Positions 1-12,106 of a DNA stretch of 64,000 nt are shown here, in pieces (position 1 is the stretch's first letter; the number at the start of each line of letters is the position of its first letter). Both the position numbers and the translations under genes were made by a program. Under the pieces are notes generated by a model that saw only the letters and a list, made by a program, of their open reading frames with translations, did not search any database and had not been told where the DNA came from. Source of the stretch: Bugula neritina (taxonomy: Eukaryota; Animalia; Bryozoa); the NCBI GenBank assembly GCA_964035545.1, contig OZ037765.1, positions 10,426,698 to 10,490,697 of the forward strand, in the 5' to 3' direction.

Positions 1-355
1 CATTAGCAGTAAAAACATTTTTCATTTGGTTTGGATTTTCTAAATATTTTATTAGCGTTATGGGATGATCACATTATTTTCTAGCAGAGGACTTCCCCCA
101 ACATTTGCTAGAATCATACCCACTTCAAAATATAGTTGCTTTTTAACTTGCTAATTATTGAAAAGGAACAGAATATTGTGCACATTAGCTCAAAGAAATC
201 TGGAAATTTACAGTGAAAAATCAGCCATGACCATCAAAACGAGTACAAAACTACTTTTTGCTGTGTTTCTAAACTTTTAGCCCAAGTCTAAACTCTAAAG
301 GTAGGTTTCTGGGAGAGGGAGTAGTTTTAGCCTAATAGACATAATTTATACTTAC

Positions 356-3300
356 ATGAAGCAAATTAGAAGTACCACAAGAGTTATGACCACAGCAGTA
401 CAGACTACACCAATAGCGGCATACAGAGAGGCTCCTCGAGTTACTAAAATACATCATACAATTTTCAGTTAACTTTTTAAGAATTGTATATTCAAGTTAC
501 AAGAAAATGCACTTATAAATAACAAAAATACATCTATAATCAAGACCTACAAGACTGTAACAATATAGCCCTGCCATTGTCTCACCTTAATGCTACACTA
601 CCAACATAACATCAAATTGCACTGAACTAAAGTCTTGGTTATACAGAGTGTATTTGGAAGATAGAAACTAGAGAAATTAGAAAGTGTTGAGGTAAAGCAT
701 GAATTCAAGTTGAGATAGCTAATATTATGGGCATTTCAACTAATTAGACATTTTTATGAACATTTATTTGTGTTTTAATTTTCACTTAGTTAATGGTTAT
801 TTCAAACTAAAACACAGCATGTTGATCAACAAAAGGCATTAATACTTGCCATATAAATGCCATAAAAGTTCAACAGACTTCTCTATTATAATTGTTAATT
901 ACTGTCAATGTGTTGCAGTTTCATTACAATTTTCCTTTTACCAAGGGCATGTATGAAATACTTGACATTTGACGGAACAGTTGAAGAACTTATTTATATA
1001 GAAATACAGTACTGAAAAATATCATTGACTTCTAATCTGATAGTTCACTGTAGCTCTAGAGTCTAGAGTCTAGTAGTTCCAACTTCAAACACCTCTGATC
1101 AGTGAATTGTAGATATGCATACCTATCTAAAGCTAATGCTATTTTTATTGCCTTCACTTCTTTTACTTGTTGATACTGTTGCATCATCTTATCCTCATTA
1201 CCACTAGTTCTACTACTTTCATGTTGCTAAATATAGGCTCATTGAAAAATAATTTGTTAGAAGTGGTGATCAAGACAAACAGTGCCCCCCCCCTCTATTC
1301 ACAGAACTTTTTTTAGCACACACCATTACTCATTGGTAGGTTCTTTAGAAATATTTAACTAAATTCTCTCACGTTACTTACTACTCATTAATTACTGGAG
1401 CAGAAGTAAGTGTATAAGTATTCTAGTTTATTTGATAAATTAGCTGATGATGCAGCAATGCACTTGGGTGAATTAGCTTATTGGCTACACTGTTTGTGTC
1501 TACATATTATTCTGTCCTTCCACATTTTACAACGTGGGCTAGCTTAGAAATTAGCCTATGATTTTCATAATTAGCCTGTTGTGAAACTGTTTATTATTGA
1601 AAGTTAGCATCACCATCTTATTGTATTTCATGTCTCTTTTACTTGACAAATGCCCAAAATCCTTTCCAAATGCATATTAAATTAAAGAATCCCTGACATA
1701 CTCCATCTATGCAGCATTGAAACATCATATATGTCTTTGCTATTATATGCTGACTGTTTGAAGATTGTGTGCTCAAACAATTTTGTTTCATAATAAATTT
1801 GGTGCAAATATGTCTTGAATTAATTTGGCACTTCTGGCATTTAGGAGCAGTAGTGGAGAAATTGAGATAGCCTCCAACGTTTAATTTTATTATTAAATTC
1901 TGATTGAAATTAGCATAACGTCTTATGCTACATTTCTAATTTAGAACACAGGGTTTTCTCAATATCTCTCTTACTGCACCTACCTCACTTCTGGCTGCTT
2001 GCTCATGATGTTTCCAGTGTGTGAAGTATGCGGTATTATAAAACTAACAGTGAATATTAAAAACTTCTATACTCTATAGCATGCTATTCTTTCAAACTAT
2101 AGTGTAAAGCATATATATTTTTAAATTTACATGATTGCTTCAAATCAATTCAGATAAATTATGAGGAGGGAAAGTCAAGGAACCACCAAGCATACATTGT
2201 ATTGATTTCTTATTAAATTTTATCTTTCCTGAAACATCATAAAATATAGATATATGATATCATCTGCGATGGTTGTTGACCCCATGCCGTTTTTTCACAA
2301 AGCTATTTTTTAAAAGATAAAGATAAATCTAGTACAGATAAAATGGTTTGAAATACAAGATACTGGTTTAACAGTCTGAGCAGTAACCATATAATTGTAC
2401 AACATTGCGTTTTGTTAGCACCAGCGGAATAACTAAAATTGCTCCACTTACTTCTTGAAATTCGTTCACATCGGCTTCCAGTAAATCTAGGGAAGCACCT
2501 AAATTATACAGTAACATTTATTAGTAAGGCAAACCTTTGTAACTGTAGATAGATTAAAGAAAGTGTACCCAAAAAAAGCAGAGCAATAGAATATTGTGAA
2601 CAAAAGGTAAAAGAGCACAAGTGCTGATATATACACAAAGCAGTTTCAGTTCATTTGACAAGCTAACTAGCACCAAGTGGGAGAAGCATAAGCACTACAT
2701 TTAACACAGTGATGTGATGAGTCTGTGTTATACTGGTAAAAATGTCTGCATAGATGATGCTGACATAAACTATGACAATAATGTAAATCAGAGTAAGATG
2801 TTGCAGGCCAAGTAATGACTTGCTTGCACTCTTGAACATCAATACAAGCATATACTCCCTACAGTTAACCAGGCCGAATAATGAATTGAGGAAAAAATTA
2901 CTTTAAAATAAAATTCTGCTAGGTTATAAGATATTCTCTGGAAATATTTGCAAACTGATAATGAATATTTGCAGGCAATACAACACTTACTTGCAGCTAG
3001 ACAATGCAGTGTTGTCCTCAGAATTTACTGCTACCTCACAATAACCATTTAAACACAAGCCGAAATATGTGTCCCCTTCGGTACAGTTACGATATGTTAC
3101 TGAGCTTACTGTAGTGGTTACATTGTCAACTCCATCTACACCTGCAGAAGTTAGTGTCACACTTTTCATGCATTCTACTAGCCATTAGCCAGGTAATTTC
3201 TATTACAAAGAGTAAATACTACACTATAGTAGAGTGTTTCTTCCAGAGTAAGCTACTTTGAAATATATGCTGAAACTTAAAGTATTTATGGGGTGATTTT

Positions 3301-5301
3301 AGACAATAATATGTTAGTGTTTTAGCGTTAGTTTACAAACAAGTTCTTTGGTTGGTGAGTCTAATAGAACAGGAGTTTGAGTGAGTAGCTATTAGGAAAA
3401 TTTTGTTAAAAACAAGGTTACCAATGGATAGACAACAGTGGTAATATGTTCCACACTTCCACTGCTGAAGCTGCGTTTACACCTCAACAGACTGATCTGA
3501 TGTTTCTATATAGTTTTATTGTGCCATCAAACAATGCTAATAGCAGAGAAATTTGTTATACAGTGCTTTCTCCTTATCTCACTAAACTACTGTCCCAAAA
3601 ACTTACTTCGTGACATAGTAGAATAACATATTATTTAACTCGAGGATCCGTTAAATTTGGCCATTTTGTCCTTTTACATACATACATACATAAGCCACAA
3701 AACAGGGGTCCAAGCCCTTCTCATGGCCCATGGAAATTCGTGAAATATGGAGGGAGCACTGTACCGTTATAGCAAGCTTTCTCTTATAAAATACTGGCTT
3801 TAAAGCACTTTTGAACTTGACCCCAAGATGAATGCAACTTATTGAAAAATTCTACTCCAATGATAGAGTTTATCGTTGGGGATATATTTTAGTCAGCTTT
3901 CCAGGAAATTTCCATTTGGCTTACATCAAAGTTTTTCATGATTTTTACTTCTATAATAACCATAAAAAATTATTACCTAAATTTGATCAGTTTGTTTCAA
4001 GACTAGAGCAGCTGCTGCAAGATTTTTTCCTAAAAGTTCTCAGCTAAAAGAACTGTGAGCACACATCAGGAGGTGTAAACGCAGCCTTACACTACATACA
4101 TATACATACTTGACCAGCTTCAGGTTTCTATCCCTCATTGAAACATCTAAACATAACAATCAGTAGCTACTATTTCCGGTTATGCATTCAAATATTTGTA
4201 GAGCTCAATAATGTAGATATACTCCTATGAGCTAAAAGTACTAGCAAAACCTTCTTAAGTACAAACAGTAATACGAGGAGACTTCCCTCAATTTTGTTAG
4301 CTTAGAGTAGAAGTAGCAGTTATTCATTTATATCATATACAGTAGCTAAAAATCATACTCAACTATTTCAGTTCAGTTCTTGACATCTAGCCAAATTATT
4401 TAGTCAAACAATGGGATTATAATATTTGAATGCTAATAATCATCGTAAAGGTAATAACATGCTGATGTACACTAATAGTGTTATAGTATGCAGTAGATTG
4501 TTCTAAATCTGATTGGCCGAACTACAGCTCCACTCCTATTTGCTTCAACTAAATTAATAAAACCGAAGGACAGCACTGATCCTCAACTAACTTCAAATGG
4601 TTACAACACAAGACCTCCAACCTGTGTTGTAACCATTTACATTATTACCGGCTGTAATATGGCTGCATTAGATCTGTTTGACACTATTTCCTTGTTGAAT
4701 ATGACTGTAATTTGCTGGATATATGTAGCATCTCATAAATAATTAAATTTTGACTCACTTTTTACTTTCTTGGATATGACACTTTTAATTATAAATATAA
4801 TAAATTCATCTTGCAGTCAATACCAAACTGATATTTACATGGCTACCAGCAGTTATTATTTAAATATATAACCCCATGCTACTTATACACAAGTTTATAT
4901 GCAGCATGGTAGACTAACAAACTGTTAAAAAATATCTTCCAGTCTATAATACCACACACACCATATATATAAACAAAGTGGCATAGTCCAATGAAAAGTT
5001 TATTTTATCCCATGGAATTTAGCCCAGCAACTATAAACAAAATTTTGCTAAAAGGTATTAAACCATAACTAAGTTTTCTACAGCAGACTTAGTTGCCTAC
5101 GTAGGCTGAAATCTGCAGTCAATAGCAGTTGAAGCCGAATTCCAGTTCAGCAGAGGATGGCAATCCTATTTAAAATGTGTTAATTGCAGACAATAAACAA
5201 AATAATATAAAAGGCATAAGCATACATAATACATTACCAGTCAAACCACTCAACACCAGAATGGGAAGAAGCGCCACAGCTGCCAACATTGTACTCCCCA
5301 T
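356..5301 (-). CDS. EGFR-ligand-like precursor (TGF-alpha/Spitz/Keren-type: signal peptide + single EGF domain + transmembrane helix); 3'-partial
   Basis: Exons 5301-5238, 3141-2991, 2498-2452 and 443-356 all have GT-AG boundaries and matching phases (1,2,1). They give MGSTMLAAVALLPILVLSGLTGVDGVDNVTTTVSSVTYRNCTEGDTYFGLCLNGYCEVAVNSEDNTALSSCKCFPRFTGSRCERISRITRGASLYAAIGVVCTAVVITLVVLLICF. Six-Cys EGF with F-x-G-x-R-C and an intron between Cys4 and Cys5, as in EGFR ligands. Cytoplasmic exons lie left of the window. Confidence 0.85.
3561..3761. mobile_element. Tc1/mariner-superfamily (pogo/Tigger-like) MITE in EGF-gene intron
   Basis: TA flanks at 3559-3560 and 3762-3763. 25-bp TIRs CAGTGCTTTCTCCTTATCTCACTAA vs CAGTGCTCCCTCCATATTTCACGAA (5 mismatches). 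Internal sub-terminal TTCGTGA motif. Confidence 0.7.
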
Positions 5302-7639
5302 GTTCACAACTAGATGATCAACTAGCTTGTATTTATTCTCACTGATATCTTCACAATAAGTGCCAAGATAAGCTCTTCTCAGTGCACTAAAATAATACAC
5401 ACAGCTACTAGTAGTATGTACTGTATGTTAAACACTGTAGGTGTACTTTTTCTAACAGACGGCAGAAGTATTTTCAATATTTATAGTTTGTATAAATTTT
5501 GTATGAACCTGCAGTAATTTATCATATGGCCCTGTTAATAGGTGCTTGATAGCTGTATTATTTGGAAATTAGAGGGAAGTTTAAGGCAATATAACAAAAT
5601 TGTGAATTATGGGCCTTTTAATTGCGAAAGTTTTTCTTTTTTGAAATTAGAGAACAAGTTTTTGGTTTGGTAAACAGTTACTCCGAAGCAGCTGATATGT
5701 AACAGTGTAGTGAACTATATTCCATCGTTCATATGTGAGATTTGACTGTATCATTCTACCAATAGGAAGAGTTCCATTGGCATAAAACAATACCTTAAAC
5801 TTTATCTTCCAGAAATATTTAAACATAATATATTCCATCGCTAAAATAACTTGCTTAAGCACTATTAGATCATTTTATTTTATTAAATTTATCTGGACTA
5901 TTCCTCAAACGATGAAAACTAAATTAACCAATCTGGTACTTGCAATTTGATCTGCTTAAATTCTCAAAGACTTGCAGCAAATTAATCAAAGTTTGAAGTT
6001 ACCTCATTCAGGGCATTAAATTGAACAAGTCAATTATTTGAGAACTCAGACTAAACAAAACTCAAGGAATGAGTCAAGGTTATCGAGAGTTGACCCAGCT
6101 TGAGAACTGAAAAACTTCCTTATTCAAAAACTTGATAACATTACAACAATAATAAGGAAACACTGACTAAAAGAAATGTTTGCCAGGTCAAAAATTTGGC
6201 AAACAACCACGTTTGAATATGTTTGCTGGCCTATGCATACAATTAATTATTATTTATTCACATAAACATTTCAGTGATATGATGTTTATAGCTTCGGAGT
6301 TTCATTTAGTAGGAATGAAACATTTTAGGCTATTGTTTGCTATAAAAGAAGTAGCCATGCATAAATAATAAACTCAAAAATCCAAATAATAAAATCAACA
6401 AATCATCATAATAGTACTCTAAGATGTTATTTCAAAGTAAATCATAAGTTAGGCTGATGGCCTCGTAGCCTATACTTTATTAATTATAGTATTTGCAACT
6501 TTCCTATTAGGCAACTATTTTTTTTAAGTAGTGTCACTAGCCTGTTATAGTTGTTCAACATTACTCTGCTACAAAATAATTCTACAAATTTTGTTACTTA
6601 GAGAATATAAATTTATTATTTTGCACACAAAAAACTGTTAAACTAGGTAATAGAGAGCTATAATTTTTAAATTATTCAATTCACATTATTTTAACAAACA
6701 GCAAATTTTGCAACGATCATTCTTATGAAAAAATACTAATATTCAATGTCATGATATAATAAGAGTTTTATAAAACCATTAGGTCATGGCTAACTACTGT
6801 AAGATTTTAACTTCAACAATGAAAACTGAGTTATAACAACAGTAATTAAAGTTCACATTATAATCTTACACCTACTTTAAATCTTTACACTTAAAAATAG
6901 TTGCTTAACATGATAATTTCAAATGTAACAGATACAAATCATATTTGAACTGATAAGAGTATTTGAAGAGCATGTCCCATATTGTTTACTTAAAACAACT
7001 AATAATTTAGCATTATCATTTTTCACTATCAGTTATTAGTCTGCTACTCTGACCCATACAACTTCAGATACCAATTACACCTTAGTAAATTCAGCACATG
7101 TTTGCATATAATACTATTATATCTTCAAATCTGAAAAAAAAGCTTTTCGCTGTATGTGAAATATTGTAAATATATACTATTTTCCAGGTACATTAAACTT
7201 TTTGCAGGCATTGATGGCATTAACTTGTTAGAAAATTCACTGTTTTCAAATTGTTAACCTTCAAAATCGAAATGTAAATCAAGTTTAAGCAACATAAATA
7301 AAGGTCTCCAAGTCAACCTCATTACCTGTTTTATTTAACATTAAAAGAAATTATGTTACAAAAATACAGTTGTTTAAAATAAAAAAAAACAAATATATAA
7401 GATCTTACGCTGGTCACTAATCTTAGTGCACAAGTCCAACACTGAATTCAGCCCCAATTTGATTTAAACAAATTAAAATGTTACTTCTAATACGTATGTT
7501 TTCTAAACAACCTCATATTTACAGCAATACTGTCTGTAATATTTATATGAAACAATTCATAATGAATTTATAAGTAAAACTGCAGTAACAAGTAAAAAAT
7601 ACATTTTTATTGACTCCATGGTGACTTACAAGACAAAGA

Positions 7640-8640
7640 TCATTATTATTTATTTTAACTCAACTATTATAACCATTATCATTGTTATTATAACCAACTA
7701 TTATAATATAACTTTTTTTATTTTCAAAGATAAATTATGATAGTAATATTGATGATACTAGTCTACATTATAATTTCAAGAATAAACGATGGTTGCTGAG
7801 GTAAATAAAAATAATTTTGAAGTCGCTTATTTAAGTCATTATCCTGATTATGGCCAGTATGAAAATTTATTGTAAAAAATTTCAATATTAATATAATTAT
7901 AAATGAATTAAAAATAATATTATTGATATTTACTAATAGTAATTTAGCAACACTTACTCTTAGTCTTAACAGCAAAGGCGCCACAAATAAAAATATGATA
8001 ATGAATATTACACTTGAATATACCCTTGTATTGCAGCTTTTTCCTTATATAATTATAATACCAATCAATATCATTCTATGTCAAAGGCCACAGGCAAAAA
8101 TGCTGACTGGCAACGAATATTATTACTGAGAGTCAGAGTGAGTAATCGTATTTAATAATTATTACAAAGTATAACTATAAATCAACCATACTCATACTCA
8201 TTGAATGAGTCATTGTTAAATTGAAATAACAAGGTCAAATGACTATAATTATAACTATAACTAATAGCAATATCAATATGAATATGAATACGTATACTAA
8301 AGTCCAAACACTTACAGTTATTGAGTTAAGGTTACAACTTACACGCAATATTTCAGTATGAGTATTTATCAGATTTGATCAGTGTTACTGTTACTCTCCT
8401 ACTTATAGTGATAGTCATACTCATACTGTAGTGTTAGTGTTTCTCACTAAGTTACTGTTAGGTGTTGAGCTTCTGCTAAAGATTAAAGTTAAAGTTGAAC
8501 TTAATCATAATGAAATTGAACATGATAAGATATTGACTTTTGTCTATTGTTATTCACTTATTGTAATTGTTAATCACAATGACAATGTAAATGTTGTGTT
8601 ACTCACCAAAATCATCACATGACTCTTCACTCTTCAGTCT
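7640..8640. repeat. Cryptically simple, drifting 3/6-bp-periodic AT-rich tract (block 1)
   Basis: Runs such as CTTATA GTGATA GTCATA CTCATA and AAGATT AAAGTT AAAGTT GAACTT. ORFs over it give alternating hydrophobic/polar strings. Boundaries approximate. Confidence 0.65.
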
Positions 8641-9179
8641 TCAGTAATCCTGAAACATTAATGTAAGTTTGATCAGATAAAGAAAACCAGCATCATATAT
8701 TACAACATAATAGTCAAGTAGATGAAACTGCAAAGCCAAATAGGTCAATTTTGTAATTCAGAGTTTAGGTTTAGACTTTAGAGCAATGATTTAGTATAAC
8801 TTAAACTTGAAGCATTTGTTATCATTACATACGATTCGTGAAACTGAGAGGTCAAAGATTGTCCCTGAAGTGATGTTGACCTTAGTTGAATATTTTGAAG
8901 GCGGTTTGAGCAAAGGCGACTTAAAATCAGTCTGGTATATTTGATGTCCTTTAACCCAAGTGCTCAATATCTGTTACTCTGAGGTGATTCCGGGTAGCCT
9001 CGTGTTCATAAGATGTTAAGATAAAAATAGTTTAGAGTGATGATCTGCCCTCAGTTTAATGTGAATACTTAAGCTAAAGACAACAAGATTTACATGACTA
9101 CTAATAAACAACTAAAAAGAGAAGAGTTGCAGTAAGTTTATTAATTTGTTCACAATTGTATGTTCGTATATTACCATTA

Positions 9180-10600
9180 TGGAGAATTATAAATTTAAAT
9201 GATATTTATGTTATTGTTAATTATAATAGGCAAATAGGCAAACATTTAATTTGACCACATAGTGATAGTCATACTCATACTGATACTGAAACTCATGTGA
9301 TACTAAGTCTAACACGGCATAACTTATAATCATAATGATAATGGGTGACTAATACTGTTAGTATTGCTATTATAATAAGTGTTAGTACGACACAATGTCA
9401 ATTAGTCACACCCATATTGCAATATTCAATTTCATATTGATATTGATACTAATTTTAGTTCATTTTTACTTTTAGTCATAGCTAAGTTTTGCTCAGATTC
9501 TTTTCTTCAGCAATACTACATTAAAGTGATGTTATTATTAATAGTAATTCCCATCTTTCACCACCATGTCCTGATTGGGTGGCGGGTTTTGCCTAACTCT
9601 CAGGTGAACCAAACTTTATCATCTCACTCGGTAACTTGGATCACTTTGGTTTAGATCTAGCCAGCAGAAGTCAGCTTTGAATGTGTTGCATCACCGCTGT
9701 TTCAGCTGTTCATGCCCTCTGCTTCCCTCCACCCCCATTTTGTATATTCTGCTGATGCTCATCTATGTCACGGCAACAAAGATGGCCATACCATTCTGAT
9801 TCTAGCTTCTTTTTTTTGAGGCATCTCTGGTTGGCATAAAATTTGCTTCTGTTGTACCTTAACATGCACATCTCGCAGGAATGGATCTTGTTTATAAGAG
9901 TTTCTGTAATAGGCAAGTCTCATTTCTGTATGTTAGGGTTGAATGAACGTCAGTCTTATATATGAAAAATTTCAGGTGTGCTGGCATTTGATCTACTGTA
10001 TGCCCTAGAAATATGTAACTCAATTTCTTTAGGACATCTTCCCCTGGTGGATGATGGTATCTAGGTATTTAAACTGTGTGCCTCTAGGTAATATTTCTAA
10101 ATTGTACTTTTTTATTTAGATGTTGCCATCCTCACCTATTGATAGCAGATGCTTCGTTTTTGATCTGCTTATCATTATCTCTCCATACTTACAATCTTTG
10201 TGCCAAATATTCATGGCTACTGCCACAAAGCACCAATTCATCGGCAAATAACATCACTCATGGTGTATCTTCTTTGATGCTTTCAGCAATTACATCCACA
10301 ATGATGATGACGAGTAGTGAACTCAATGCAGATCCTTGGTGTAAGCCAACCTTTATTTTTATGGTCTCTGTGCTCCCAGTGTTTGTCCTGACTTGGGTTA
10401 GAAAGTTGATGCTAATAGTAATAATTAAATTTATAATGGTTATATAATTAAAATTTAAATTATCATCATAATCATAATGACCATACTAATTAATAATAGT
10501 AGTACTGCTATAGCAATTATTATACCCATCAATGACAATAATCATTACTGATTATCATGATTAACTAGTCTTATGATTGAATGATCAATACAGAAATATA
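9180..10600. repeat. Drifting 6-bp-periodic tract (block 2), split by the RTE insertion at 9549-10412
   Basis: Same texture as block 1 at about 9180-9548 and 10413-10600. Shares the exact 24-mer ATAGTGATAGTCATACTCATACTG (8405-8428 = 9259-9282). Confidence 0.6.
9549..10412 (-). mobile_element. Decayed, 5'-truncated RTE-clade non-LTR retrotransposon (reverse transcriptase remnant)
   Basis: Minus-strand translation gives TQVRTNTGSTETIKIKVGLHQGSALSSLLVIIIVDVIAESIKEDTP*VMLFADELVL, then ISRSKT, FKYL, YKT..TLTY..ET, EMCMLR and EWYGHL, i.e. RTE RT motifs with stops and frameshifts. 10-bp TSD TAATAGTAAT at 9539-9548 and 10413-10422. Confidence 0.88.
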
Positions 10601-12106
10601 ACCATAGGTAAAAAAAACCTAATATCAATGCAAATATAAGTTTTATTACCCTTATGAAGGAGTTAAAGTAAATCAGCTTTTCAATGTCACTAATACATTT
10701 TTACAAATACCTCTTGTTTATAGCAACTCTATTCAATTAAATTGCTATATTTTACTTCTTTAGATAATAAAATTTAGTTGCATCTTATCATTTTACTTTG
10801 TTTGAAAAATTATGATTTTATACTGAAATAATCACAAGCTCTTCAGAAATAATTATAATATTAGCAGAAAAAGAAGAAGCATTATAAGTTTATATCTTTA
10901 TCTTTTATAACTGTTTGGGTTTTATAGTGGAACATTGAAAAGTGTTGGAGAACATTGATATCCAAATCAGTGTTTTAAAATATCTTCTTACATAATATCT
11001 CACATGCTTTTCGTACTGGCATATAACTGCAGCTGGCTATCACTGCTGTAAAATGCCTTTAAGCATTCTGTCATTACTATTAGACTTCTTGACATTACTC
11101 AAGGCGTTTTGCTGTTCTCAAAGTCTATTTTTTATACTCTACAGATGCTTGTATAATTTCAATCAATGTGCGACTTGCATGTTACTAGATATTTTGCTGT
11201 TCCCGTAGATAGTTTCATGTTTAAAACATATGTCCACTCTAACATTTTGGTGATGCCTTGTATTTATTTTGCTCTTATAAGATACATCCGCCATGTTTTT
11301 CATCTCCTCTATATGCAGCTATATCTTGTCTTACTGCTTTACCTCTTTTGCATTCTTGCTCTATCAAGTCCAGAAGCTCTACATCTATCTTTCAACAATT
11401 TTTTGTTTAGTTTCACTAATTCTGTAATCAAGAATAAAATCATTTTTGCCCTCTAGTTTTTTAAAGGCCAGGTTAATTTTATTAATATAATTCTCTTCTT
11501 TGTTAGAAAAAAAGTCAAAAGGCGAGTGGCGCTAATGAAATTTTAAATGAAGAATTCAGAAGGTAAAAGATATTTTAGTGTATATCATTTACTCTGAGAT
11601 CTACTTATTTCATTTAACATAAAGTGGGGTGCTCCACAAAAATGAAGTTCACATGATACAAAAGAGTGAACTGCCTAAAACTTGCTATAATTCATGTAAA
11701 AATATTATGCTAAGTTGGAGTTGTACTCCCTTAAATTGTTCATTCATTAGGTGCATAACTTTACAAGTGAATTTCTAATACTGTCTTATTATAAAAATGT
11801 GCTTGATACTAGAATTGCTCTAAACAACTGTTTTTAAAAATGCTCAATAGCATGCTGTTCTTGTTTACCTATAATTAAAAATTAACTCGTAAAGCAAATA
11901 ATATAATTATCTTATGCAATAAAAATAAATTTATGATAATGTAAATAATACAAAACCTTGTTTTATTTCTGAATTATTTCAATCTGAATATGTTTATTTT
12001 ACTTAAAATTTGTTTATAAATCTGTTATTTCATGTCAAGGTTTATTTCAATGTAGAATTAAATTGATAAATTAATGTAAGTTAATATTTGTTGTCCTTAG
12101 CAAAGT

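Noticed and set aside
7763-8622. ORFs 7763-7984, 7923-8129 and 8431-8622 as beta-strand-like peptides
   Set aside because: By-products of the 3/6-bp-periodic tract; no splice or homology support.
10139-10447. 102-aa plus-strand ORF
   Set aside because: Antisense to the RTE reverse-transcriptase remnant.
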